Below the pieces are notes generated by a model, which was given only the letters and a program-made list of their open reading frames with translations, was not told the DNA's origin and did not search any database. DNA of 61,956 nt, counting the filler. It is 7 parts of 7 records of this genome, joined end to end, with 100 filler letters (N's around TTAATTAATTAA, not from the genome) between each part and the next. Parts side by side here need not be neighbours in the genome. Positions count along the whole stretch, not along the records: positions 19,652 to 25,030 come from SRR31156797_25564; positions 25,131 to 32,649 come from SRR31156797_25570; 5 more parts are not named here. One strand, written 5' to 3'. The first letter of the stretch is position 1; the number at the start of each line of letters is the position of its first letter. Shown here piece by piece: positions 19,701 to 30,354 of the stretch. Made by a program: the position numbers and the translations under genes.

Positions 19701-20942
19701 ATGAAAGGATTTAATTCTAAATTAGTACACGGTGATAAAAAATTCAACGAACAAAACAAAGATCGTTTTGGAGCTTTGAGAACTCCTATATACGATTGTG
19801 CAGCATTTGAATATGATAGTTCAGAAGAGATTGCTGATGCCTTTGAGGGGAAAATAAGCGGACATGCTTATACCAGAATAACAAACCCTACACTATCAGA
19901 ATTAGAAAGCCGTATAACCTATTTCTCAAATGCTGAATCAGTACTATGCGTAAGTTCGGGAATGGCAGCTATTTCCAATACTATTATCTCTATATGCTCA
20001 GCAGGAGATAATATCATAACTTCTAAATATCTTTTTGGTAATACATATGCTCTTTTTAAGCATACTTTAGCAGAACTTGGGATCGAAGCCAGATTTGTTG
20101 ACCTTAGTAATAGTGAAGAAATCAAAAACAGCATAGATGAAAACACAAGAGGAATTTTCTTAGAAAATATAACTAATCCTAATTTAATAGTTTTTGATAT
20201 CGAAAAAATAGCGAATATTGCCAATGAAAAAGATGTTTTATTAATCATCGATAATACAATGATGACAAACTATATATTCGACTGCAAACAATTCCAAGTA
20301 GATATCGAAGTTATATCAAATACTAAGAGTATGTCCGGTGGAGGAACTTCAATCGGGGGCTCTATCATTATATATCAATCTGATAAATGGAAAAACGTTC
20401 CTAAACTAAAATCAAGTATTGTAGATGGTAAAGTCTCATTTGCAAAACATTTAAGAAAAAATATCTATAGAAATTTTGGGGCGTGCTTATCTCCTCAAAA
20501 CGCATATTATCAAATTCTGGGATTAGAGACTATGAGTCTTAGAATAGATAAGTGCTGTTCTAATGCTTTGGAACTAGCTAAATACCTTCAAACAAACGAT
20601 AAAATAAAATCTGTTAACTATCCGGGACTTGAAAACAATAAATTCAATACTTTAGTAAAAAAACAATTTAAGGGTAACGGTGGAGGATTATTAACTTTCG
20701 AATTAAGCAGTCAAGAGGAATGTTTTAAATTCATGAATGAACTTAAAATGATAAGAAGGTCTACAAATTTATGTGATAATAAAAGTTTAATTATTCATCC
20801 ATCATCTACGATTTTCTGTGAATATTCTGCCGAGAGAAAAGAAGAACTGGAAATTAGCGAAAATATGCTAAGATTATCAGTTGGAATAGAGGATGTCTCT
20901 GATATTATTGAAGACATAAATCAAGCCTTAGCAATATTATAG
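19701..20942 (+). CDS. O-acetylhomoserine aminocarboxypropyltransferase-like PLP enzyme (MetY/Cys-Met metabolism family)
   Basis: YTRITNPT, SSGMAAI, IDNT, SNTKSMSG (PLP lysine), LRLSVGIED. Confidence 0.88.
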   Translation: MKGFNSKLVHGDKKFNEQNKDRFGALRTPIYDCAAFEYDSSEEIADAFEGKISGHAYTRITNPTLSELESRITYFSNAESVLCVSSGMAAISNTIISICSAGDNIITSKYLFGNTYALFKHTLAELGIEARFVDLSNSEEIKNSIDENTRGIFLENITNPNLIVFDIEKIANIANEKDVLLIIDNTMMTNYIFDCKQFQVDIEVISNTKSMSGGGTSIGGSIIIYQSDKWKNVPKLKSSIVDGKVSFAKHLRKNIYRNFGACLSPQNAYYQILGLETMSLRIDKCCSNALELAKYLQTNDKIKSVNYPGLENNKFNTLVKKQFKGNGGGLLTFELSSQEECFKFMNELKMIRRSTNLCDNKSLIIHPSSTIFCEYSAERKEELEISENMLRLSVGIEDVSDIIEDINQALAIL

Positions 20943-20993
20943 ATCACAATATTTATGTTTCTATAATATAAAGTAATATTAATAACCAATTTT

Positions 20994-21036
20994 AAATAAT
21001 CAAGCAGGCAAATAAATGCTCGCTTGATTATTTTTG
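20994..21036 (+). terminator. Intrinsic terminator
   Basis: AAATAATCAAGC...GCTTGATTATTTTT. Confidence 0.7.
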
Positions 21037-21173
21037 TATTATAAAAATTTAAAAAAATTAAATTATTTTGCATGATATTGGAAAAATAATAGTATAGTTA
21101 AAGTATAAGAAAAAGTACGGAAGAATAAATAAATTATTTACGCATACATCCAAACAGCGGAAGGAGGGGCAAT

Positions 21174-23447
21174 ATGCCTGAAACTGAAGCATATATTAAA
21201 GTATTCTTTGAAGAAATAATAGAGATTTCAGAAGCTCTTGAAGAGAGTTTACTTAACTATGAAGAGAATAAAAATGAGGAAACTGATACTCAAATCAAAA
21301 GGCATTTTCACACTCTAAAAGGGGATTTTGCTACTTTTGATATTGAGAAGTTTTCTAAATTTTTCCATAATGCAGAAGATCGATGGATCATGGAGGAAGA
21401 TAAGTCAAAATTAATTCAAGATGTTCTGGATAAACTAAACGAAGCTAAAGAGTTTTGTAAAATTGCTGAAGAAAAAGGTTTTGATGCGGCTCTGGCTGCT
21501 GATCTATCAAACAGTTTCTTCGAAGAATCCTATGAGACATTATCACCCAGTACAGCTGCTCCTGAGAGTTCAGGATTTGATGTTGCTGAACTGGAAGTAT
21601 ATATGAAAGTTTTCTTTGAAGAAGTAAATGAAATATCAGAGGACCTGGAAACTGCTCTGCTTAACTATGAAAGTGAAAAAAGCGATGAACTTGATGCAAG
21701 TATAAAAAGAAATTTCCATACTTTAAAAGGAGATTTTGCTACTTTTAATATTACTTATTTTTCAAAGTTTTTTCATCATGCTGAAGACAGATGGAAAGTA
21801 GAGGAGAATAAAACAGAACTGATAGGTGATGTTCTTGAGAAATTATTGCAGGTTAATAAATTTATGTCTGACGCTGAAAAATTTGGAATGGAGAAAACAA
21901 TTAATGAATTTCAACCGGAAGAAAAAATCAGCGTAAAAGAAACAAAACCTCAAAATGATAATCCAATCAAAGAAGAAACTGATTCTTCAGAAAAAGAAAA
22001 TCATATTTTCAATTTAGAAGAAACAACTCAAATTCCCAAAATAAGTAATGGGGAAAACATAAATACTTTTAGACTAAAATTTTTCGAGGAAAAATCTATT
22101 AAACTAAAAGAGATTGAACAACTGTTTAATCTCTACGGGAAAATATTAGAAGTTAGAAAAGGGGCTAAAGGAGAGTATATTATTATTGTCGATATGCAAA
22201 ATGTCGAAGAAGTTCGTGGAATGCTTGAGGTTCTCTTAATAGGTGAAGGAGAGTTCACTATCACCAAAGGAAAACCTATTGAAAAAAAGAAAAAAATAAT
22301 GAGTAAAAACACCACTGAATTAAAATCTATTCAGGCAATTAGAGTAGAAACTAAAATATTAGATGATATTTTAAATACAATGAGTGAGCTTATTATCAAA
22401 CATTCATCTCTAGCTCTTTATAAGGAGTTTTTACCTTCTGAAATAGGTGAAAACTATGCTGAGCTCGTTGATAAAATAAACGAAACTACAAAACAATTCC
22501 AAAGAGATATATTTGCTATCAGATTGGTTGAAATCAAAGTACTATTTTTTCAGCTAAGAAGAATTGTTAGAGATATCTCTAGAGAATTAGATAAAAGTGT
22601 TGATTTTCAAATCGTTGGTGAAGATACGAAACTTGATAAATCAATTATTGAAAAAATCGCTCCTCCGCTGAAACATATGATTAAAAACTCAATGGACCAC
22701 GGAATAGAATCAAGGGGTGAAAGATTAAGAAAACAGAAAGCATCTGACGGGAAAATAAAAATAGAAGCATATCAGGAAAATGATGAAATTATTATTGAAA
22801 TATATGATGATGGCGGCGGACTTGATGCTAAAGAGATCTATAAAAAAGCTGTAGATAAAAAAGTAATTGATGCTAATAGCAACTTAACAGAAGAGGAGAT
22901 ATTCGGACTTATCTTTGCTCCCGGTTTCTCAACCTCTGATTATGTAACTGAGATATCCGGTAGAGGAATAGGAATGGATGTTGTTAAAAATACTATTGAT
23001 GAATTAAACGGAAAAATAGAGATTCAATCTGAAAAAGATAAATTTACTCTGTTTAAAATAAAAATTCCAGCTACAGTTTCAATTATCAATGCCTTTTTGA
23101 TAGAGGATAATAATGAAAAATATATTATCCCAGTATCAAATATAATAGAAATACTGGATAGTCATTCAAGAAGTGTAAAAATAGAGGATAAGCTTTATTA
23201 TAATGATGAAGAGTATTCTATCCTTAATCTGAAAAACAGCTCTGATATAAACCTTCAGAGAAAAATAGTTTTGTTAATTCAAACTGCTAACGGAATCAAA
23301 GCTCTTGGAGTTGATGACATCTTAGACAGTAAGGATTTCATTATCAGAGATATGAATATAAGCTCAGATACACTTAAAAGATATTCCGGAGTAACTGTTC
23401 TCGCTAATGGTGAAGTTGCCTTGGTACTAAACCCGAGAGCTTTATAG
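21174..23447 (+). CDS. cheA: Chemotaxis histidine kinase CheA with two Hpt domains
   Basis: FHTLKG occurs twice; IRVE dimerisation domain; HMIKNSMDHGIE; DDGGGLD; FAPGFST; SGRGIGMDVV; CheW-like C-terminus. Confidence 0.93.
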   Translation: MPETEAYIKVFFEEIIEISEALEESLLNYEENKNEETDTQIKRHFHTLKGDFATFDIEKFSKFFHNAEDRWIMEEDKSKLIQDVLDKLNEAKEFCKIAEEKGFDAALAADLSNSFFEESYETLSPSTAAPESSGFDVAELEVYMKVFFEEVNEISEDLETALLNYESEKSDELDASIKRNFHTLKGDFATFNITYFSKFFHHAEDRWKVEENKTELIGDVLEKLLQVNKFMSDAEKFGMEKTINEFQPEEKISVKETKPQNDNPIKEETDSSEKENHIFNLEETTQIPKISNGENINTFRLKFFEEKSIKLKEIEQLFNLYGKILEVRKGAKGEYIIIVDMQNVEEVRGMLEVLLIGEGEFTITKGKPIEKKKKIMSKNTTELKSIQAIRVETKILDDILNTMSELIIKHSSLALYKEFLPSEIGENYAELVDKINETTKQFQRDIFAIRLVEIKVLFFQLRRIVRDISRELDKSVDFQIVGEDTKLDKSIIEKIAPPLKHMIKNSMDHGIESRGERLRKQKASDGKIKIEAYQENDEIIIEIYDDGGGLDAKEIYKKAVDKKVIDANSNLTEEEIFGLIFAPGFSTSDYVTEISGRGIGMDVVKNTIDELNGKIEIQSEKDKFTLFKIKIPATVSIINAFLIEDNNEKYIIPVSNIIEILDSHSRSVKIEDKLYYNDEEYSILNLKNSSDINLQRKIVLLIQTANGIKALGVDDILDSKDFIIRDMNISSDTLKRYSGVTVLANGEVALVLNPRAL

Positions 23448-23500
23448 AATATAGAATTAATACTTTTAACATAAATCTCTTAATTTAAGGAGGATCAACA

Positions 23501-25030
23501 ATGAAAATTGCAACTAAGATAAGCTTGGGAATAATGACTTCTGTCATGTCCATAGCCATAATAATGTTCGTATTAATGAATATTGTTAGTAAGAAAATGA
23601 TAAACGATAATTATGCTGAAATGATGAAAAACTCGGTTCTCGGAAAAGGTATAAAAGTAGAGCAAACTCTCAGCCTTATGCAAAAATCAGTTAATATCGC
23701 CTCAGAAGTTATAGAATCCGAACTTAACTATGAAAATGCCAGAGATTCAAAATATATCGATAATTATCTTAAATCTATAGAGACTCTATTAAAAAGTACT
23801 GCTATTTCAAATGAAGCATTAGCAATTTCACTCTATATCAATCCTGATTTTTTTGAAGAAGTCAAAGGACTCAGATTCACCAACTTAACAGGAAGCAACA
23901 CATACATTCCTGCTAAACTGGTTGATATTAAAAGAGTAAGTAGTTCTCAATATGACATGCAGTGGTATTCTCAAGGGATTCTTCAAAACGAATACTGGAC
24001 TACTCCTTATTTTTGGAGACCGTGGAGCAGATCAATTATCTCACATACAAAAACTATTAAAGATAGTGAAGGGAAATTTTTAGCAATCTTAACAATAGAT
24101 ATAGGTTATGATAGAATCTCTTCGGCTTTAGCTAATATTGATTTTTATGAAACGGGATATTTTGGACTGGTTGACTCATCGTATAATATTATCTATCATC
24201 CCGATTCGACTTTAGTCGGTGAAAACATGCGAAAAGTTCCCGGTGCAGGTAAAATTGTAAAAGAATTTGAAAGTAATAAAAGAATTGGATTTGTCAGATA
24301 TGTTTATGAAAATCAAAAAAAAGCAATGGCATTTCATGCTCTTGATAATGAATGGATTGTTTTTGATACTATTCAAGATAAAGAGTTTCTGGGTGATATA
24401 ACATTACTTCGAAGAAATTTTCTTTATATAATAATAATTATTACTTTAATTGCCACATTAATTTCAAGATTTTTTGCCAAAACTTTCTCAAAGCCACTGC
24501 TTGAAGCTGTGGATAAAATCAAAACAGGTGCTGTTGGGGATCTTAGTGTAAGAATAGATTCTATGACAAATGATGAAATTAATGTACTTATCAACAGCTT
24601 TAATTTCTTCATGGATAAACTGGATCATCTGTTTGCAGGCATCAAACACGAGGCTCAAAGTGTAGAGTCGACAGCGGAAGAGATGAATCTGGCAAACGAA
24701 GAACTTGCTAAAAAAGCAAGTGAACAAGCTTCATCTCTTGAAGAAAATACCCAAACTATGAAGCAAATAAGTAAGCTGGTAACAACGAATACTGAAAGAA
24801 CAATGAAAGCAGACAAAATGGCGCAAAATGTTGTAGAAAATACGCATAATATAGAGGACGCCTCTGGAAAACTTAAAAATGCAATGATTGATATAACAGA
24901 GAGCTCTAGACAAATAGAAGATATAATAGAGATAATCGATGAAATTGCATTTCAAACAAATATATTATCTCTAAATGCTGCCGTTGAAGCAGCAAGAGCA
25001 GGAGAACAGGGAAGAGGATTTGCAGTAGTT
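23501..25030 (+). CDS. Methyl-accepting chemotaxis protein (Cache-HAMP), 3'-partial
   Basis: TM-Cache (WY...WTTPY)-[35 protein letters not shown]. Confidence 0.95.
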
Positions 25031-25130
25031 NNNNNNNNNNNNNNNNNNNNNNNNNNNNNNNNNNNNNNNNNNNNTTAATTAATTAANNNNNNNNNNNNNN
25101 NNNNNNNNNNNNNNNNNNNNNNNNNNNNNN
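25031..25130. other. Artificial contig spacer
   Basis: 44 N + TTAATTAATTAA + 44 N. Confidence 0.98.
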
Positions 25131-25236
25131 CTTATGGTCATGGTTCCCTGTTTTTGATTTAAGCTTGTTCACGGAGGTGAATTCCGAGGGGCTGGGAAAA
25201 GGACCCACATTAAACAAGAGCTTCAATGGCTTTTTT

Positions 25237-26106
25237 TTACCGGCAGGAGATCAGCCAGTCAATAAAAACCGAGGTATATTTCTGGGGGGGCAGGGGGGAT
25301 TCCAGATAATAATAGTCACCCGTTTTAATCCGGGGTATTTCGGGAATGGGGACCAGGCTGCCGTCTTTGAAATACCGCCCCAAAAACAGTTCCGGGACCA
25401 GCGCTAGTCCGAGGCCGTTTAATGCCGCCTGTATGGCAAGGATGGTGTTGTCAAAGATTCGCTGTACGTCAACACTGTTGATATTCATCCGCAGCTTTTT
25501 GAACAACTTTGGCCAGAGGTCCTGCCTTGACCGCGTCACAATGAGGGGAAAGGCCCATATCCTGAAATTCTGCCGGGCCCGGATCTCTGCCAGGATATCA
25601 GGGTTGCAGACAAGCTGGGAAAACTCAGGGAAAAATTGGTCTGCCGCTAATCCGGAGAACTGAATGGGGTCCCGCCGGATATATAAATCCGTATCCCTGT
25701 GAACCAGGATGGAATCGGAACTTGTGGTAATGCGCAGATCGATTTTGGGATATGCCTTCTGAAATTCGGCCATCCGGGGAATGAGCCAGTGCATGGCAAA
25801 GGTCTGGGGGGTCTCAACATTCAGGACATCCCTGTAATCCGTGGACTGAATTTCCTGGGTGGCCTTGTGAAGGATGTCAATGGGGGCCCCAACCCTGGAA
25901 AAATATATTCGCCCTGCCTTGGTCAGCTCGACTTTTCTGGATCTGCGCCTGAACAGTTTTTTGCCGATATGCTCTTCCAGCCGTTTGATCTGACGGCTTA
26001 CGGCACCGGGGGTGACGCATAATTCCCGGGCCGCCTTCTGAAAACTGCCCAACCGTGCGGAGACTTCAAAGACATTGATGGCATTGAGTGGGGAATCCTT
26101 TGTCAT
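25237..26106 (-). CDS. LysR-family regulator (GcvA-like), PalR-like by context
   Basis: SFQKAARELCVTPGAVSRQIKRLEE HTH; divergent from the pal operon. Confidence 0.9.
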   Translation of the reverse strand: MTKDSPLNAINVFEVSARLGSFQKAARELCVTPGAVSRQIKRLEEHIGKKLFRRRSRKVELTKAGRIYFSRVGAPIDILHKATQEIQSTDYRDVLNVETPQTFAMHWLIPRMAEFQKAYPKIDLRITTSSDSILVHRDTDLYIRRDPIQFSGLAADQFFPEFSQLVCNPDILAEIRARQNFRIWAFPLIVTRSRQDLWPKLFKKLRMNINSVDVQRIFDNTILAIQAALNGLGLALVPELFLGRYFKDGSLVPIPEIPRIKTGDYYYLESPLPPQKYTSVFIDWLISCR

Positions 26107-26351
26107 AATCGTTCCTCCTTTTGTTTAGGCTTCCGATCAGAATAAAACCGTCCATATGGCTTGCCTTTTTAACCGTCTTCTTTGTTGCGTCACTGGCCAC
26201 ATATATCAAAGCCCGGCAACCGGCCTTGAATACGATTAAAAATGCTAAGCCATATTTGGGACGATTTCCATTCGACCGTGATCCTTACATATTTAAGTTG
26301 ATAAATACTCACACCACAGGATGTGACAGGCCTGGATACTATCAAGAAACC

Positions 26352-26380
26352 GTTAGATCATGGTTAGATTCGGGTTAGAT
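26352..26380. promoter_or_regulatory. Three GTTAGAT direct repeats at 11-bp period (OmpR/PhoB-type site geometry)
   Basis: GTTAGAT at 26352, 26363 and 26374. Confidence 0.55.
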
Positions 26381-26412
26381 CTTCAAAATATACAAATCAT
26401 TAAATTCATTTA

Positions 26413-26451
26413 TATCAAGCACTTAGGTGCTTCGATTGAAAAAAACTCAAT
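26413..26451. promoter_or_regulatory. IHF consensus site and LysR box
   Basis: TATCAA-GCAC-TTA (WATCAA-N4-TTR) at 26413-26425; ATTGA-N7-TCAAT (T-N11-A core) at 26435-26451. Confidence 0.55.
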
Positions 26452-26554
26452 TCATAAAATTCATTTTAATCGTTTGAAAGCCAAATGGCAAACATGTTTT
26501 TAATGGGCTGTACCAGTGAATATTACCCAAGAAAATAAGTGAGTGACCCCCATT

Positions 26555-27632
26555 ATGTCAGCTATTTATTGCAAATAATATAACGGTTACATACGGATCG
26601 GAACCCGTTATTGACGGAATGAATCTTGAAATTGAAGATAATAGTTTTTTTGTCCTGCTGGGCCCCAGCGGATGCGGAAAAACAACGCTGCTGAGAACCA
26701 TTGCCGGTTTTATCCCCCCCGCATCCGGCTCCGTACTGTTCGGCGCCTCGGACGTCACCCGGGTGCCGGCCCACAAGCGTAACATCGGTTTTGTATTCCA
26801 GGATCATGCCCTGTTTCCCAACCTGACGGTTTCCGACAATATTGCATACGGCCTCAACGCCCGGAACACCGCCGGAAAAAAAATCATAAAAAAAGTGCAG
26901 GAAGTGGCGGACATGGTGGGACTTACCCCGTTTCTGGGGCGGTATCCGTCCGAACTCAGCGGGGGCCAGCGTCAGCGGGTGGCACTGGCCCGGGCCCTTG
27001 TACTCCGGCCTGCCGTTCTTTTAATGGACGAGCCCCTCTCCAGCCTGGATACCAAGCTGAGAATCCGGATGCGCACCGTGCTCTCAAAAATTCACGACGA
27101 ACTGGGAATCACAACGGTGTGGGTCACCCACGACCAGGAAGAGGCCCTGGACCTTGCCAGCCGCATTGCAGTGTTCAACAACGGCCGCATCGAACAATCA
27201 GGGACACCCCGGGACATCTATACAAAACCCCGGACCGCCTTTGTGGCGGATTTCATCGGGGCTGCCAACCTGATCGAGGTGCAGTCGGTTCATCCCAGGG
27301 ACTCAACCAGGGCCTGCTGCCGCCTTCCCTCGGGCCAGACCATTGAGGCGGTCTGCTGTCCGGGTGTGGATCCCGGTAAAAACGGCGGGACCCTGGTGGC
27401 CCGGCCCGAAGAGCTGCGCATCACCAAAACGATTCGGAATGCGGGCAACCAACTGCCCGGAAGCATTGTGCGCAAGCAATACCTGGGATACAAGACCTCT
27501 TATCTGGTAAAGGTTTCCGACAGACAGCATCTGGTGGTTGATGAGATGGTGTCTTCGCCTGAAAACGGCGTCAACGCGGGCGATACCGTTCTGGTGACGA
27601 TTCCCGAAACCTCACGCATTGTCAGGAGCTGA
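26555..27632 (+). CDS. ABC transporter ATP-binding protein (Fe3+/polyamine type); +1 frameshift near the 5' end
   Basis: GPSGCGKTT, LSGGQRQR, LMDEP, VTHDQEEA. The natural N-terminus MSAIIANNITVTYG is restored by removing one T at 26565-26567. Confidence 0.85.
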
Positions 27633-27635
27633 GCC

Positions 27636-29273
27636 ATGAAACGGATCGGTCTCTGGGAATGGCTCACCCTTGCGTCCCTTGTCTGCTTGGCCGGCTTCGT
27701 CCTGTTGCCGGTGCTGAATGTGATCGCCTCAAGCTTTCAGAATGGTGACGGCAGCCTTTCGCTTCAGGGGTTCCGGCAGCTTTTTTCCGACGGCACCTAC
27801 CTTGAAGGCCTTTGGAATTCAATCATTCTGGCATTTACGGTGACCGGATGCACACTTCTTCTGGGCGTCCCTCTGGCCTATGCAACGGTGCGCTACGACC
27901 TGCCCCTGAAATTTTTGCTGGCTATCCTGCCCGTCACCGTCATTATCATACCGGAACTGATCACGACCCAGGCCTGGATCTTTGTTTTCGGATACAACGG
28001 CTTTGTGACAAAATTCCTGGCCGGCTTCGGCATTGAAATGCCCCGGTTTTACGGATGGTTCGGCCTTGTCTTTGTTATGACGATGACCTATTACGTCCAT
28101 GTGTATCTGGGTACCCTTGCCGCACTGAGAAGCTTTGACACCCGGTTGGAGGAGGCCGCCCAAAGCCTGGGAGACCCGCCCCTGACCGCCCGGTTGAAAA
28201 CCATGCTTCCCCTGGTGGCACCGGGAATCCTGTCCACCGCCCTGGTGGTCTTCACGCTGGTGCTGGGGAATTTTTCCGTGGCCGTCATTCTCGGGCAGGG
28301 CGTCCCCCTGCTTTCCGTCCTCACCTATAACGCCTTTGTCAGTGAAATCGGTGTGAATCCCCGGATGCAGAGTACCCTTGCCACCATCTCCCTCATGATC
28401 GTGGGGACCGTGCTCCTGGTCCAGAAAAGGCTGCTCGCGAACAAAAATTATGAGATGACCCAGGGACGGGTCATAACCGCTGTCCCCGCCGGGGGATGGG
28501 CCGGTGGTGCCGTTGTGGCCGCCGTTCTGGTTCTGACCGGGGCCACATTGCTCCCCCTGGCCCTGGTGGCCGTCGCCTCCGTAACAGAGTCGATGGGACC
28601 CGTGATGCACTGGGGCCGGTTCACCCTGGACCACTTTATCCGCGTGTACCGTTACGGCGGAGACGTTGTGGCCAATTCCCTGGCCTATGCCTTTTTTGCC
28701 ACCTGCATCGGTGTGGTGTTCGGTGCCGTCGTCTCTTTTCTGACCATCAAAAAGAAGAATCCCTTCACAGGCGGCCTTGATCTGATCGTGATGCTGCCCC
28801 TGGCGATTTCCGGCACCGTATTGGGTATTGCACTGTCCCAGACGTTTAACTCCGGCCCCCTGGCCCTGGCGGGCACCCCCGTCATGATGGTCATGGCCCT
28901 GACCATACGGCGCATACCCTTTTCCGTCCGGCATGCATCCGCCAATCTTTACAATATACCGGATGCCATTGAAGAGGCGTCCGTAAGCCTCGGCGTGCCG
29001 CCGCTCAGGGGATTTTTCAAGGTAATCGTGCCCCTGATGATCCCGGGCATCACCTCGGCAGCCGTGTTGATGTGGGCCCTGACCATGGCAGAGCTGAATT
29101 CCACCCTCATCGTATACCAGGCAGGTCAGCAGACCCTGCCCATACAGATTTTCAGACTGATAGACAGCGATCTCATGGGCCAGGCCTCGGCATATGGCGT
29201 CACCATGATCGGCATCATCCTGGTGCCGATTTTCATCGCAGTAAAATTGTTTAACGTCAAATTGTTCAATTGA
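27636..29273 (+). CDS. ABC transporter permease (FbpB-type, duplicated)
   Basis: Two EAA motifs (LEEAAQSLG, IEEASVSLG). Confidence 0.92.
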   Translation: MKRIGLWEWLTLASLVCLAGFVLLPVLNVIASSFQNGDGSLSLQGFRQLFSDGTYLEGLWNSIILAFTVTGCTLLLGVPLAYATVRYDLPLKFLLAILPVTVIIIPELITTQAWIFVFGYNGFVTKFLAGFGIEMPRFYGWFGLVFVMTMTYYVHVYLGTLAALRSFDTRLEEAAQSLGDPPLTARLKTMLPLVAPGILSTALVVFTLVLGNFSVAVILGQGVPLLSVLTYNAFVSEIGVNPRMQSTLATISLMIVGTVLLVQKRLLANKNYEMTQGRVITAVPAGGWAGGAVVAAVLVLTGATLLPLALVAVASVTESMGPVMHWGRFTLDHFIRVYRYGGDVVANSLAYAFFATCIGVVFGAVVSFLTIKKKNPFTGGLDLIVMLPLAISGTVLGIALSQTFNSGPLALAGTPVMMVMALTIRRIPFSVRHASANLYNIPDAIEEASVSLGVPPLRGFFKVIVPLMIPGITSAAVLMWALTMAELNSTLIVYQAGQQTLPIQIFRLIDSDLMGQASAYGVTMIGIILVPIFIAVKLFNVKLFN

Positions 29274-29293
29274 ACACCCAAAAGGAGAAAACC

Positions 29294-30268
29294 ATGAAAA
29301 AGATGATGATCCGCCTTGCCGTCTGCATATGCCTTGTATCTGCAGGCCGGCTCCATGCCCAGGAGGTAAACCTTTACGCTGCCAACAGCGAAGATTCCAT
29401 CCAGATCGTTCTGGATGCCGTGCGGGAACAGGCACCCGATATGAAGGTCAACGTCATACGGGCAAAAACCGGCGCCCTGCTTCAGCGGATTGTTGCGGAA
29501 AAGTCAAACCCGGCCGGCGACGTTTTCTGGAGCAGCGGCTTCGGCACCCTTGCCGCGTATACGGACGTGGCCGAATCCTATGCATCCCCCCGGGAGAAGG
29601 CGGTGCCCGTGTCTCTGCACGGCCCGGATCACAAGTGGCTGGGAAGCAATGTCCATGTGGTGGTGTTGATGGTCAACACCAGACAGCTGAAGGGGAGCCT
29701 GCCCGGCGGATGGGAGGACATCCTGGACGGAGCCCCTGAATACCGTGTCGCCTTTGCCGACCCTTCGGCGTCCAGCTCCGCCTATCTCCAGCTTTTCGGA
29801 ATCTATAAAAAATACGGTGAAAAAGGCGTTGAGAAACTCGCCCGGAGGGTAATTGTAACCGGCGGTTCGAGCAGTGTGTACAAAGGCGTCTCCCAGGGGG
29901 AATATCCCGTGGGCATCACCATTGAATATGCGGCCTACCGCTATGTGGCAGGTGGCCAGGAGTCCATCCGGCTGGTCTATCCCCGGGAGGGCACCTTTTT
30001 GTCCCCGGAGGGCATGTTTGTGGTGAAAAATGCCCCCAATGCGGACAATGCAAGGCAGCTTTTCGACATCATCATGTCAAGGAAAGCCCAGGAAAAAATC
30101 TTTGAAAAAAGTTTCAGAAGGCCCACCCGGACGGATGTGGCCGTATCTGAAAAATCAAGACTGCCGGATTTCAGCGATATCCGCATTTTCGAAGTGGATC
30201 AGAAAGAGGCCGGTGCGGAAAAAGACAGGATCCTCGCCCTCTGGAAACAAGCGCTGGCTGCCAGGTAA
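29294..30268 (+). CDS. ABC transporter substrate-binding protein (FbpA/AfuA-type), probable phosphonoalanine binding
   Basis: AAGGAG RBS; signal peptide; AEKSNPAGDVFW, DPSASSSA, YPREG. Confidence 0.88.
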   Translation: MKKMMIRLAVCICLVSAGRLHAQEVNLYAANSEDSIQIVLDAVREQAPDMKVNVIRAKTGALLQRIVAEKSNPAGDVFWSSGFGTLAAYTDVAESYASPREKAVPVSLHGPDHKWLGSNVHVVVLMVNTRQLKGSLPGGWEDILDGAPEYRVAFADPSASSSAYLQLFGIYKKYGEKGVEKLARRVIVTGGSSSVYKGVSQGEYPVGITIEYAAYRYVAGGQESIRLVYPREGTFLSPEGMFVVKNAPNADNARQLFDIIMSRKAQEKIFEKSFRRPTRTDVAVSEKSRLPDFSDIRIFEVDQKEAGAEKDRILALWKQALAAR

Positions 30269-30354
30269 ACCCCGCAACTCCTCTGGATGAGGCGATTGGG
30301 TAACTCTCCCGGTCGGCCTCATCCCCTTTTCATATAAAAACTAAGGAAGCACCG

